The notes beneath the pieces were generated by a model that worked only from the letters and a program-made list of their open reading frames with translations, had not been told where the DNA came from and did no database searches. Shown in pieces: positions 25,534-39,044 of a stretch of DNA of 64,000 bases (positions are counted from its first letter, which is position 1; every line of letters starts with the position of its first letter). Both the position numbers and the translations under genes were made by a program. Source of the stretch: Chiloscyllium plagiosum (lineage: Eukaryota); NCBI RefSeq assembly GCF_004010195.1, contig NC_057718.1, forward strand, positions 15,369,407 to 15,433,406, written 5' to 3'.

Positions 25534-26110
25534 TTCTTATAGGAAACAGCATGTGAGTCAAGGTAACAGAGTCAGTGGGTTTGTAATGGTTATTAGTGGT
25601 CAGCTTATCCCCAGAAATGAAAACAAAGATATCAAGGAACGGAAGAGAGGAGTTAGAGATGGACTAGATGAAGATAAGAGCAGGGTGGATAAATTTGATA
25701 AATTTTCCAATTTTGGACAAGAGAGGGAAGCAGCACTGATTTTTTTTTTCATCGATGTACTGAAGAAACGTTGTGGGGAGGAACCTGAGTCAGGCTGGAA
25801 CAAGGAATGTCCCGCAAAGACACAGACATAACTGGAGCTCATGTGGAGATACATGGCCATACCGTTGATCTGAAGAAAGTGAGAGGAGTTAAAGGAGAAG
25901 TTGTTCAAAATGAGGACGAGCTTGACTAGGCAGAGAAGGGTGGTGTGGATGAGTACTGTTTAGGGAAGAAATGGAGAGTCCTCAGACCATCTTACATGTG
26001 AAGAGGGGATAGCTGCTACTGGTAAACTAGAAATTTTGAAACCGATGTAAAGCACCAGGCGCTTTGTGGATATAAGTGGGAAGAGACAGGACAAGGGAAG
26101 AGAAAATGGA

Positions 26111-28385
26111 AGAAAATGAGGACTGGAGATTAGAGTTGAAGAGTGTGGTGCTGGAAAAGCACAGCTGGTCAGGCAGCATCTGAGGAGCAGGAGAATCGAT
26201 GTTTTGAGCATAAGTCCTTCGTCAGATGGACAGGTAGGACAGTTCAAAAGGGCAGTGCGAGTTAGAAGGTTGGATGTGGGAGATGGGGAAATGAGGAAAC
26301 TGGTGAAATCCACATTGATCCCATGTGGTTGGCGGATTCCAAGGCAGAAGATGAGGCATTCTTCCTCCAGGCGTCAGGTGGTTAGGGTTTGGCAGTGGAG
26401 GAAGCCAGGACTTGCATGTCCTTGGCGGAGTGCGAGGAGGGGTTCGTGTTTGGTACAGGATGGTGGGGTTGTTAAGTGTGTGTGTCCCAGAGAGGTTCTT
26501 TGAAGTGTTCCGCAAGTTGGCGTCCTATCTCCCCAATGTAGAGGAGACCACCTTGAGAACAGCAGACTCAGTAGATGCCGTGTGTGGAAGTACAGGTAAA
26601 GCTCTTCGGATGTAGAAGGATCCTTTGGCGCCTTGGACGTAGGTAAGTGGGTAGGTCTGGTCGCAGGTTTTGCACTACTTGTGGTAGTAGGGGAAAGTTC
26701 CGGGAGTGGAGAATGGGTTGTTGTGGAGCGTAGACTTAAAAGGGAATCGTGGAGGAAATGGTCTCTCTGGAACGCAGATATGGGTGGAGATGGAAATACC
26801 TCCCTGGTGGTGGGGTCTGTTTGTAGTTGGTGGAATTGGCGGAGGATGATGCAATGTTTCTGGAGGTTGATGGGGTGGAAGGTGAGGACCATAGGGATTC
26901 TGTCTTTATTGCAATTGGAGGTGTGAGGTTCAAGGGCGGAGGTGCAGGAAGTGGGGGAGACCACGTTGGAGGGGAAATTGCGGTCTTTGATGAAGGAGGC
27001 CATCTGGGATGTTCTGTGGTGAATTGGTCCTCCTGGGTACCCACGTGGGCCCCAACTATGCCTGTCTCTTTGTCTGGTACCTGGAACAGTCCATCTTCCA
27101 CCGGCATCATTCCCTACCTTTACCTCTGCTACATCGATGACCTTCAGCACTAACTCATGCTCCCAAGAGGAGGTTGAACAGTTCATCAACTTCACTAACA
27201 CCTTCCACCCTGATCTAATTTTCACCTGGACCATCTCTGACGCCTCCCTCCCCTTCCTGGACCTCTCCATCTCCGTTTATGGAGACCGACTCAACACGGA
27301 CTGCCATTGCTACCTGGGCTATACTTCCTCCCATCTTGCCACCTGTAAAGACTCTATTCATTATTCCCAATTCCTCTGCCTCTGCTCGCATTTTCTCCGA
27401 GGAGGACCAATTCCACCATAGAACACCCCTGATGGCCGCCTCCTTCAAAGACCGTAGTTTCCTCTCCCACATGATCGATGATGCCCTCCAAAACATCTCC
27501 TCTACTTCCTGCGCCTCCTACTTTGAATCCCTCACTTCCAATCGCAACAAGGACAAAACACCCCCCGGTCCTCACCTTCCACCCGACCAATCTCCAGATA
27601 CATCGTATCATCCTCCGAAATTTCCGGCACCTCCAAACAGACCCCACCACCAAGGATATATTTNNNNNNNNNNNNNNNNNNNNNNNNNNNNNNNNNNNNN
27701 NNNNNNNNNNNNNNNNNNNNNNNNNNNNNNNNNNNNNNNNNNNNNNNNNNNNNNNNNNNNNNNNNNNNNNNNNNNNNNNNNNNNNNNNNNNNNNNNNNNN
27801 NNNNNNNNNNNNNNNNNNNNNNNCCCCGCCTTTACCTTCATACAAAGTTCCAAAAGATCCTTACACATCAGACAGAAATTTACCTGTACTTCCCACATGT
27901 CAAGCACTGTGTCCGTTGCTCCTAATGTAGCCTCTGGTACTTTGGTGAGACAGGACGTCAACTTGCAGAACGTTTCAGACAACATCTCTGGAACACATGC
28001 ACTAAACAACCCCACTGCCCTGTGGCTGAACACTTTAATTCCCCCTCTGCCAAGGAAGTGCTAGTCCTGGGCCGCCTCCACTGCCAAATCCTAGCCACCT
28101 GACCCCTTGAGGAAGAATGTCTCATCTTCTGCCTTGCAACTCTCCAACCATGTGGGATCAATGTGGATTTCACCAGTTTCCTCATTTTCCCCATCCCAGA
28201 ACTAAACTTCTAACTCTGAACTGCCCTCTCACCTGTCAATCCTTCCCACCTATCTGCTCCACACTCCTCTCTGACCTATCACCTTTACCCCAACCTTCAT
28301 CTACCTATCGTATTCCCACCTACCTTCCCCATTTATCTCTCAGCCCCCTTTGGCCCCAAGCTTCAACCCTGATGAAGGGTTTATG
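26111..28385. mobile_element. Younger Penelope-like element in inverted configuration (minus arm 26111-27033, plus arm 27033-28385)
   Basis: Plus arm has RT motifs GTHVGPNYACLF and YLCYIDD, plus PPVLTFHPTNLQIHRIILRNFRHLQTDPTT. Minus arm has the same region and GIY-YIG-like LYIGE. Both arms end in family-A hammerhead sequence. TSD AGAGAAAAT(G/A)GA at 26099-26110 and 28386-28397. Confidence 0.88.
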
Positions 28386-29539
28386 AGAGAAAATAGAGTC
28401 AAGGTAGAAACAAATAAGTTCTGTTGGGCAGGAACAAGCTGAAACAATGGATGTGCATGGGCCATCTTGTTTGCGAGTGTGAACTAACCTTTGCAGTTCT
28501 GAAGATATCAATAACTGACATGTACTGTTTTTCCCACCTAAGCTTGTCCTTCAAATAATTATTCAAGCAATATGCAAAAGTAGGTAAAAAGAAATGTTCT
28601 CTTAATTGGAATATTGTGAGTGAGACCTTTTTTAATTTCGAGCTATTCTTGTGGTATCCATACTTTTGGGTCTCGTTAATAGAAAATTATTCTCTTCAGT
28701 TAGAGACTGTTTGCTGATTAGCCATAAAAATAGATGTGACCCAAATATTTAGTCATGACATCATTTGTGTTTTCATATTTGATTAGTAGGCTTTAAAAAG
28801 TTATGAACTAGACATTTGAGCAGCATGCAGCTTTCTCGGATTTGACCACTAATCACTCGTTTCATCAGCCAATAATTTGGATGTTATTATGTCGTTTAGG
28901 TTCACCTCCTTGCCCTTCTTCCATCTGCTGCATTTGCTTTTACAGGAAAGACAGGATGAGTCAGCGTGAGGTTTAGAAGCAATTTAGAGGAGGATAAAAA
29001 TGGAATCAAAAACATACAAAAAGAAGCATGACTAGCAGGCTATAAAAAGAAGAACCGAAAACAGATGACCTAAATAAGAAAAATGCAGACAAAGGACAGT
29101 GAGAAAAATAGATTTAATTGAAATATAAATACATGAAGTAAAGAATGTTGAGTTGAAAGAAATATTTCCAAGCCACACATCCAAAGCTAGGCTAGACACA
29201 TGCTTGAAGATTGGTTTTTACAAAATATAAGACAACAAGTTTGCCTTCTGTTTGGAGTTGTGAACTTGTGATACTTAGCATATGTTGGCTTGGAATTTGT
29301 GATTTGTAATGGTAGCAGCACTGGCAACATTCACTGTTACTTTGTGAAAATGAGAGCACTATCTTGCACCCATGCGCGTATAGTTTAACACTGACATTGA
29401 GGTTGTTTTCATTGATTGTGTTCCTCCACAAATTGTGCAGTTGAAATCCCCAAAGAGACAAATATGTAGAAACAAATGAAAACTTCCCACTTTGCTCCCT
29501 CCTGTCACTGTTCAAAACGGTATGCCATGCAAAATAGCT

Positions 29540-31340
29540 GAGAATAAATGGGTCTTTTTCCAAATGGCAGGCAGTGATCATTACTTAAATCCTAGCTATT
29601 CACAATATCTATTAATGATTCAGATGAAGGGATTATTTGTAACATATCCAAATTTGCAGATGACCTAAAGCTAGCTGGGTGAGTTGTGAGAAGGATGCAG
29701 AGATGTTTCATTGTGGTTTTAACAAGCTGAGTGAGTGGGCAAATTTATGGTCGACATGGTAAATGCGGATAAATGTAAGGTTATCTATTTTGGCAGTAAA
29801 AGCAAAAAGGTAGGTTATTATATGAATGTCTATGACTTTAGAAGGGAATTGTAACAATGCTCTGGTTTCCTTGTACACCAGTCACTGAAGAAGTACGCAG
29901 GTGCAGCAGGCAGTCAAGAAGGCAAATTCTATGTTGGCCTTTCATAGCAAGAGGATTTGAGTACAGGATGTCTTGCTGTACATATACAGGCCCTTGATGA
30001 TATGATACCTGAAATATTGTGTACCATTTTGGTCTCCTGATCTGAGGAAGTTTGCTCTTGTTATAGAGGGAGTGCATCAAACATTCATAGAATCATTAGA
30101 ATCCCTACAGTGTAGAAGCAACCCATCGAGTCCACACCAACTCTCCAAAGAGCATCCCATCCCCAACTCATCCAATCAATTTGGTAAAACTTAACTGTAT
30201 CCCCTCTATAATAAATGCATCCTTCCTCAGACAGGGTGACCAAAACTGCATTCAAAACTTCAGCTATGGCCTCACCAGTGCCTGTTTACCAGATTGAAAC
30301 CTGTGATAGCAGGAATATCGTCTGAGAAGAGTTGAATTGTTTAGGATTATATTAGCTGGAGTTGAGAAGAATGAGAGGGGGATTTTATAGAAACCTATAA
30401 AATCCTAACAACACTAGACAGGGTAAATGCAGAAAAGATGTTCTTGATAGTGGGCAAGTCCAAAACCTGGGGTCAAAGTCTATAAGGAAATGGTGTAAAC
30501 AATTTAGGACCAAGATGAGAAATTTCTTCATTCAGTGAGTGGTGAGTGGAATTTGCTACGACAGAAAACAGTCAGGGTTAAAACACTGAATGATTTTGAA
30601 AAGGAGTTGATGTAGCACTGAGGGCTAAATGTACCAAAGGATAAGTGGGGGGAAATCGGACGTAGGCTATTGTGTTGGGTAATCATAATGAATGGTGCAG
30701 CAGGCTCAAAGGGCTGAATGATCTCCTATTTTCCATGTTTCTTTGTTTCAAATAGAATGATGCTTTCACATAGAGAGATGTCTTGCTAAAAATATATAAG
30801 GCACTCATCAGCCGTAGCTGCAGTACTGGTCCTCTTAGTTAAGAGAAGGTATACTGGCACTGTCGGCAGTTCAGATAAAGGTTGATCCCAGGTTTAGAGG
30901 GATTTTCATAAGAGGGCAGGCTGAGTAAGTGGGGCCTGTTCTCATTGGAGTTTCTAAGAATGAGTGGGGACCTTACTGAAGCATAAAGGATTTTCTTGGG
31001 GGCTTATCAGAGTGAGATGCAGAGAGTTTGTTTCCTCCTGTGGGAAAGATTTAGAGCAGAGGATGTAATCTCAGAATAAGGGGTTGTCTATTTAAGACTG
31101 AGATGGGGAGTTCTTTCTCTGGGAGTAGTGAATCTGTAGAATTCTTTACTGCAGCGGCTGGCTCATCAAGCTTATTCAACGCTGAGAAAAATTTTTAATC
31201 ACAGAGGGAATCAAGGATTGTAGGGATAAGACTGGAAGGTGGAGATAACAATTATCAGGTCAGCCGTGATATCATTAAACAGCAGAGCAGATTCGAATAG
31301 CCTATTTCTGCACCTGCCTCTTAAAGTTTATATGGGTTTG
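29540..31340 (+). mobile_element. Two tandem CR1 3' fragments with small minus-strand SINE/LINE pieces at about 30085-30285
   Basis: ISKFADDLKL and LKYCVPFWSP motifs; two CR1-type 3'UTRs ending about 30750 and about 31340. Confidence 0.8.
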
Positions 31341-31639
31341 CTATCAGCAGGAGATCATGATTACTACTCAGCAAACTTTCTGGCCCTGGAAACTTATTCT
31401 TATATTTGTGTTTTGTTACTTCTTTCCACTATGATTATTCCATAGTTTATTGCAAAAAACTTCTTTTATGATATTAAGACTTCTAATATGTACATGCCAC
31501 ACTCTAACATTTATATGCAAAAGACCATTGGGGCATGTTATCTGCTGGTTTCCTATATTATAACACTTCTAAGTGAGTACCCATCTCCTTTTTTCTGCTT
31601 AATGACATCACTGCTTCTCGAAACTTGAGATCGTTTTGA

Positions 31640-31738
31640 ATTGGGACTACATTGGGTTGGGATATCTGGTCGGCATGGACGGATTGGACCGAAGGGTCTG
31701 TTTCCATGCTGTACATTTCTATGACTCTATGACTCTAT
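31640..31738 (+). mobile_element. HER1/CR1 3' tail only
   Basis: GGGATATCTGGTCGGCATGGACGGATTGGACCGAAGGGTCTGTTTCCATGCTGTAC followed by (CTATGACT)n. Confidence 0.8.
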
Positions 31739-32607
31739 CATGTTGTATAGCACTATAACCATGTTAAACAGGACAGACTTTGAACAGAGCTAGCAAATCT
31801 ACTGGGTATCCATGATGCACTGTGGGCTTTTGACAGGGGCAAAATTGTTCCTGAACACAATCTGCAACCTCATGGCCTGGTCACCCCACCCCCCCCCCCC
31901 CCCCACCCCCCCAACCCCTGCCAGAACCAACACCACTTACCAGCTCCTGGCAGGCCCAATTTCTGGGGTTGGAAACATTGCATCACTCACTGCTCCCCCC
32001 CCACCTTCCTCCTTGTCACTTGGTATCCCCAGCCTCCCAGCTAGATCCCTAACCTGGCATCTTTGCCCCTACTCTCCTAGCAACTCAATGTTACATTCAC
32101 TTTATAGATATTTTTTATCAACCTGTTCTGATCTGTAATTGTCACTCCTCTGGAGCAGATGGAACTTGAACTGAAAACTTCTAGCTTAGTGGTAGGGACA
32201 CTACCGTTATGCAAAAAAAAGAGTCCGTGAAGTCAAATTTCACCATTTGTCATGGCGATTCAAACCCATTTCCCAAGAACCTGGGTTTCTAGATGACCCG
32301 ACCAGTGCTGCTATCATTCAACTCCACTCTCCCTTGAATCTGTTCCGACAAACACTGTCATCTTATAATACCAATTGATCTGTCTATGGTGTAGTATGTT
32401 AATTTAAATGCTTATTAAGTTGCTTAATAACAACAAATATGTTGCTGCAGTGACCTGTACTATTATATTGGTATGTGCCTCCAGCATTTTGAAAATTAAT
32501 GCTACTCAGCCAGTATTGAAGTCCAAATTCCTGGCTTAACTTACATTTTGATTTAGTCAAATTTTTTGTGAAAATCAATATTTATGGAATTTTCCTTGTT
32601 CTTCCAG

Positions 32608-32629
32608 ACCAAATATATCCGAAGACAAG
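32608..32629 (+). CDS. CNST: Consortin coding microexon 6 (22 nt)
   Basis: ttccttgttcttccag|ACCAAATATATCCGAAGACAAG|gtaaga encodes (R)PNISEDK, matching the position of human DPLLSKHK. It restores phase 0. Confidence 0.8.
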
Positions 32630-33619
32630 GTAAGAATTTTAACTTATATTTCAAAATAAAAAGGTAGTACAAGGTGTGTAGTGTTTGAGGAGGGTGTGTC
32701 GAAGGCAGGAAACACAATGCAGAATGGAGCAGCCACTGAGAATAGAAAACTTCGAAGTAGGCTTGTGTCAAAAAAGTGGAGGGTGCGTGCCCCTACACAG
32801 CAATCATTTACAGATTATTTTGAATGTTTGATTATTTTACCAACATTATGTTCAGATGAGTTCTAAATTTCAAATTAAGTATAAGTTTTTAGTTAATTTT
32901 TGTTTGTTTGAGATGAACTGAACTCCTTTGAAAGGATGTGTTAAAACTTATACACATTCCACTGTAATGCTTTCCTTGAAGACAGTAGAAACTTGAAACC
33001 TAGATCAGTGAAGTCTTCCATTGAGATCTGTTAAATTAAAAGCCAATTACTGTTAGGTATTGACTATTGAAAATAACATGCTGCAGTTTTTTTGAACTTC
33101 TGAATAAAATTTTAATTTCCTTGTCCTCAGTAACAAATATCTATTACCTTCCCCATCTTTCACTTTGTGATTTCCATAGTCTTATATCTTCGTACTACCA
33201 CCTCTGCTAATCCTACCCCAACTTTCATAGCTACACTGAAACTCTTCAGTTATGTTTTGGCTTGTTTTTTTCCACGCTTGCTTCCTTATCCTTCTCATTC
33301 TGAGCTTCTTTTGTTCACTCCCTGTAAAGTGCTTTGAGTCATTTCGTTGCATGTAAAGGGTTCTGCAGGAATTACAGTAGGAGAGACATTCATGTTATAT
33401 AATGCAGTACAATCCATTCAGTGAACACTGGGCCAAATTTTAACAAATCTCTAGGGTTTGATCTAAATCCAGTTCAGATTTATTCATTATTGATTCCTAG
33501 TTTTAGTTAATTTGGAACAAATTGAAACGTTTGTAGGGTCTTAACTATCTCACAAACCATTCTTTTTTATGTGTTGATTCTACTTTTCATGGGAGATTTC
33601 ATTAGACTGGAGAATATTG

Positions 33620-34830
33620 AATATCAAGGTGGCCAGAAAGTAGGGAATTTTGGACCGATGAGCTTAACACCTGTCATGGGAAAATGTTACAAGCTAACAC
33701 TAAAGATATTATAGCAGGCCACCTTGGAAAACTGTGAATACTTAGTTAGAATCTGCTTGGTTGTGTGAAAGGGAAATGTTTAACCAACTCATTGGAGTTC
33801 TTTGAAGAATAATATCGACTGTGTATAAAAGGGAACTGGTAGATCTACTGTTTGGATATTCATAAGGCATTTGGTAAGAAGCTCTTTCAAAGGTTATTAT
33901 GGAAGCTAGAAGCTGATGGTCTTTCAGGTAACATAGTGGATTAGATAAAAGTTAATGAAAAGGAAACAAAGGCATAAACAGTCATTTATTAGTTGGCAAG
34001 ATGTAACTAATGCTGTTCCATAGGGACCAGTGCTGGGACCTCAACTGTTCACAATTTATATAAATGACTTTGATGAAGGGAGTAAAGGTATGGTTACTAG
34101 ATTTGTAGGTGACAAAGATAAGTAGGTAAGATAAGTTAATAGTGAAGAAGGTCAAAAGACTCTTTCCAGTGGGATATGGACAGGTTAAGTGAGTTAACTG
34201 GGAAAAGATCTGGCACATAGAGTATCATGTGGGAAAATGTGAAATTGTCCATTTTGTCCGGACAATAAAGTATGCTGTCTCAGTGTTGAGAGATTGCAGA
34301 GCTTGGAGAGAGAAATCTGGATGACCTAGTACATGAGTCCCAAAAAGGTTAGTTTACCAGGACAGCAAGTAACTCAACGTCAATTAAATATTGGAATTCA
34401 CTGCAAGGGAAATTGAATACAATGTGGGAGTTTTTAGTTGATGTTGAAATCACATCTGGAGTATTGTATAGAGCATTGCTTTCTTTATTTAAAGAAAGAT
34501 GTACATATGTTGGAAACAGTTTAAAGAAGGTTAACTGACTAATACCTGGAATGAGGGTTGTGGAGAGTGGTGTTAGGTATTGCCTGATGAAATAAGGTAA
34601 GTCTTGCATCCAATACAGTTGGTGTAAGAAGTGACTTGGTTGAGTGATTAAAACCTGTCCGATCCTGAAGAGTGTTGAAAGGATGGATATGGAAAAGGAT
34701 GTCTCCTCTAGTGGTAGAATCCAGAACTTGGAGCCACAATTTAAAAATAAGAGGTCGCCATTTAAAACAGATGTGGAGAAAGTTTTTTCTCAGTTTTGAA
34801 TCTTTGAAGCTCTCTTCCTCAAAAAGTAGT
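33620..34830 (+). mobile_element. Old CR1 ORF2 fragment
   Basis: GNFGPMSLT, LDIHKAFGK and GPVLGPQLFTIYINDFD motifs. Confidence 0.8.
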
Positions 34831-34925
34831 GTTTGTATGTCATTATTAAATCTATAATGTAGCTCTAATGTTAATATAAATTGCTGTATCCAGTCTGGAT
34901 GTTGGAAGTTTAAGTATTCTGAATT

Positions 34926-36700
34926 AGAACATAGAACAATACAGCATAGTACAGGCCCTTCGGTCCTTGATGTTCTACCGGCCTTTTATCCTACTCTAAG
35001 ATCGGATTAACCAACATACCCTTTATTGTACTGTCTTCCATGTATCCATCCAAATGTTCCTAATGTGTCTAATTCTACTACCACTGCTGGCAGTGCAATC
35101 CATGCACCCACCACTCTGAGTAAAGAACCTACCTCTGATATCTTTTCTACACCTTCCTCCAATCCCCTTAAAATTATGTCCCCTCACGATGGACATTTCC
35201 ACCAAAGGAGAAAGTCCCTTGCTATCCACTCAATCTATGCCTCTCATTATCTTGTACACTTCAATCAAGTCACGTCTCATCCTTCTTCACTGCAATGAGA
35301 AAAGGCTTAGCTCCCTCAACCTTTCTTCATAAGACATGCCCTTCATTCCAGGCAGCATCCTGGTAAATCTCCTCTGCACCTTCTCTAAAGCTTCCTCATC
35401 TTTCCTATAATGAGGCAACCAGAACTGAACACAATATTCTAAGTGTGGTCTAACCAGGGCTCTGGAGAGCTGCAGCATAACCTCTTAAACTCAATCCCCC
35501 TTCCAAGGAAAGCCAACACCATACACCTTCTTAACAACCCTAGCAAATTGGGTGACAACTTTGAAGGATATATGGACGTGGACCCTAAGATCCACACTGC
35601 GAAGAGACCTGCCTTTAACCCTGTAATCTGCATTCAAGTTCAACCTTCCAAATGAATCACTTCACACTTTTCCAGCTTGAAACCATCTGCCACTTATCAG
35701 CCTAGTTCTGCATCCTGTCAATGTCCTGTTGCAAACTACAACAGCCCTCCATCTGTGTGAATTGTTGAGAGTTGTACTCCATTGGTAAAATATGTTGCAT
35801 GGATTATCCACCACTCCTCCAATCTTAGTGTCTTTGGCAAACTTACTAATACACCCTTCCACTCCTCATCCAAGTCATTTCTTAAAATCACAAATAGCAG
35901 AGGTCCCAGAACAGATTCCTATGGAATACCACTGGTCACCAAGCTCCAGGCTGAATACTTTCCATCTACCACTACCCTCTGTCTTCAATGGGCCAGTCAA
36001 TTCTGTATCCACATGGTCAAATTTTTATCCCATGCCTCCTTAGTTTCTACCATGGGGAACCTTACCAAACACCGTGCTAAAATCCATGTATGCCACATCC
36101 ACCGCTGTACCTTCATCAACACGTTTTGTCGCATCCTCAAAGAATTCAATAAGGTTTGTGAGACATGTCCTGCCCCTCACAAAGCCATGCTGACTATCTC
36201 TAACCAAACTATGGTTTTTCAAGTAATCATATATCCTGTCTCTCAGAATCCTCTCCAATACTTTGCCCACCACAGACATAAGACTGATTGATCTGTAATT
36301 CCCAGGATTCCCTATTCTCTTCCTTGAACAAGGGAATAACATTTGCCACTGCCCAATTATCTTGCTCCACTCTAGTGGACAGTGAAGATGCAAAGATCAT
36401 CACCAAATATTCTGCAATCTCTTCCCTCGCTTCCTGTAGTAACTTAGGGTATATCGGTCTGACTCAGGGGACTTATCTATCCTTATGTTTTTCAAAGTAT
36501 TCAGCACATCCTCCTTAACATCAACCTGTTCTAGCATATCTGTCTGTTTTATGTTGTCCTCAAACGTCAAGGTCTCTCTGAGTAGTGAAAACTGAAGCAA
36601 AGTATTAATTAAGGACTTCCCCTACCTCCTCTGATTCTAGGCACAAGTTCTCTCCACTATCCCTGATCGGTCCTGTCCTCACTGTGGCCATTCTCATGTT
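34926..36700 (-). mobile_element. CR1 LINE, 5'-truncated
   Basis: PGNYRSISLMSVVGKVLE, QHGFVRGRTCLTNLIEFFE, VRPHLEYCVQFW motifs; (TTCTATG) tail at 34926-34940. Confidence 0.92.
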
Positions 36701-37214
36701 CCATCCAATTGTTGAATGCATTTGAAAACTGGATCAGGAATGGGTTGTCCAGCTCTTCAAGCCTGTCCTCTTGGTGAAGTCTGACACAGCTGAACTCTGT
36801 TATCTCACTATTGTTCCATTTTTCTTGATGGCTTTTCCCAACAAAAATCAACCTAAGTCTTCAAATTTTCATCGATTGAGCAATTAATGTATTTGGCAGT
36901 ACCCAGGAATATAATGCACTGTAATGAAGCTAAGCATTTTGATGCCTTTAATTGATTGTGTTTTAGGGAAAAAGGTTCAAGGAAAAGACTGCATATCCAA
37001 ATGCTGACTTTTCATTTGCTTGGTTAGCATATACTCCTAAATGTGTGTCAAGCTTCAGTAAAGGCCCCAAAAACATTTGAAGGTTTGCTTTGTAGAATAG
37101 CTGATGTACTGACAAATCAATATCATTTCTGATATAAACTGAAGAATTCTTTCATGTTTCAGATTTCTGTGTAAACAGCACGTTTCCACAAATGAGTATT
37201 ATTTTCCCTTCTAG

Positions 37215-37257
37215 GGAGAAGATGCTTACAGGAAAGATACTGTGGAATGCAACTCAC
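37215..37257 (+). CDS. CNST: Probable consortin coding exon 7 (43 nt)
   Basis: ttttcccttctag|GGAGAAG...AACTCAC|gtaagt encodes GEDAYRKDTVECNS. It has strong splice sites and provides the phase 0 to 1 change needed to join the next exon. Little sequence similarity to human. Confidence 0.7.
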
Positions 37258-38460
37258 GTAAGTGTGGAATGATTGGAACTGTTGATTTATGCTCAAATTA
37301 TCTTTGTGGGTTATAGCTAAGATTATGCAAGTGCACCTTTTGTTATTGAATATAGGCAGTAATCAAAGTGTGTTAATTGCACTTATTTTTCAATGTTCAC
37401 TGTGTGAATTGTTGAGAGTTGTACTCCATTGGTAAAATATGTTGCATGGATTTTAATAGGTACTGATGGACATGTAGAAGTTAAAATATTTTGTAATTAA
37501 GGACAGGCAGTTCCATTGACTCGAGTTTAATCTATTTATAATTTCTTCCTGTGGTCCAGGCTCCCATGGACAGCAACATTGTAAACTATCAATTATATAC
37601 TTAAACAAAAACTAAGGTTTTGAGCAGAGAATTTGTTAATGGTATTTTTTAACATGTAAAAGTTAAGAAAAATATTTTTTGTGCTGTTAATGAGCTATTT
37701 TCACTTTGTCTGAGATTTGCTGATGGGCAAGATAACCTTAGTAAACTAAGTTACTTTCATTGGAAAATTAAATATTGAATTTGATCATTTCAATCTGAGC
37801 AAGTATATTCATCCCCATTTGTGTGCAACAATAGAAACATTTTTGGCTTCTAGCTGCTGTGTTTCTTTTCAATCCAAGCAGACTGAAAACTGCCTGTGAT
37901 ATTTGGTGATACTGTAGGATAGCCTCTAACCTGATTTTTGCGATAGCCTTCTTTGCATTCTTCCCCATGGGAACATGAATCACAAGCATCTTCTACCTCG
38001 GTAGAAAGATAATTAGTTATTCTTGGTGAATCTTGGAACTAAGTGGATGTTTTAAAGCACAAATATTTACAATTAGATATTCCGAAAGCTTTGCTGGGAT
38101 TCTGGAGTGTTCCTCCAGTGTTCCTACACCGGCTGCTGCCGTTGCTTTCAAATGTAAATACCTTGTATCACCTTCCTGAAAGAACTATCTGATTCTTCCT
38201 TGATGTCTAACAATCACTTTGGCTTTGTGTCAGACAGACCTCAGAACAGGCCACATAACCCTTTTTATTTCATCTTGAAATGGTATTTTGGGACTTTCTT
38301 TATAACTATAAACTCTCATAATTTGTTAGTGTAGGGATCATCAAATTGCTCTTCCATTGCAAGACATAGGTGTTTAAAGATGCTGCTTATGTGGCTGGTG
38401 CAAGAATTCCAAAACACAGACTGACAACTTTCAAGACTTGGATTATGGTTTTTTGCATTA

Positions 38461-38820
38461 TCATAGGATGATAGAATCCCTACAGTGTGGAAACAGGCCC
38501 TTCAACCCAACAAGGCCACACCAACCCTCCAAAGAGTAACCCACCCAGATGCATTCCTCTTTCCTATTATCCTCTATTTACCCCTGACTAATCAACCTAA
38601 CCTACACATCCATGAACACAATGGGCAATTTAGCATGGCCAAGTCACCTAACCCTACATATTTGAATTGTGGGAGGAAACCAGAGCACCCGAAGGAAACC
38701 CATGCAGACGCTGGGCAAATGTGCAAACTCCACACAGACAGTCTCCCTAGGTTGGAATTGAACCGAAGTCCCTGGAGCTGGGAGGCACCAGTGCTAACCA
38801 CTGAGCCAGCATGCTGCCCA
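38461..38820 (-). mobile_element. HE1/V-SINE, full length
   Basis: Minus strand GGGCAGCATGCTGGCTCAGTGGTTAGCACTG head, V-domain and CTGTAGGGATTCTAT tail. Confidence 0.9.
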
Positions 38821-39044
38821 TTATAAGAAGCCATTGCAGCATTTACACCTTGAAATGGGCGACTTTGATAACTTCTGCTATCACATTCTGTTATCTAAAT
38901 ATAATGGAAAGATTAGTAGAAATATTTCACACAATAGAGAATGGAAGAGCTGGGAATAGGACCTTAATGAAATAGAGGGGAGGAGAAGGACTTTGAGCCT
39001 AACATTGTGGTGTTGCATTAGGTCATGGCTTTTTTTTAAAATGG

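Larger units (their letters stand above)
24680..28490 (-). mobile_element. Old Penelope-like element interrupted by two younger PLE insertions
   Basis: Minus-strand RT N-terminal segment SIVSACSCPTELICFYLDSIFS (28390-28480) continues as ...LSLPTYIH left of 26100. Then LSTLLLSSSSP, degraded GIY-YIG region at 24800-24950. Confidence 0.8.

Noticed and set aside
31884..31916. C-run giving a polyproline ORF
   Set aside because: Low-complexity tract with no splice context.
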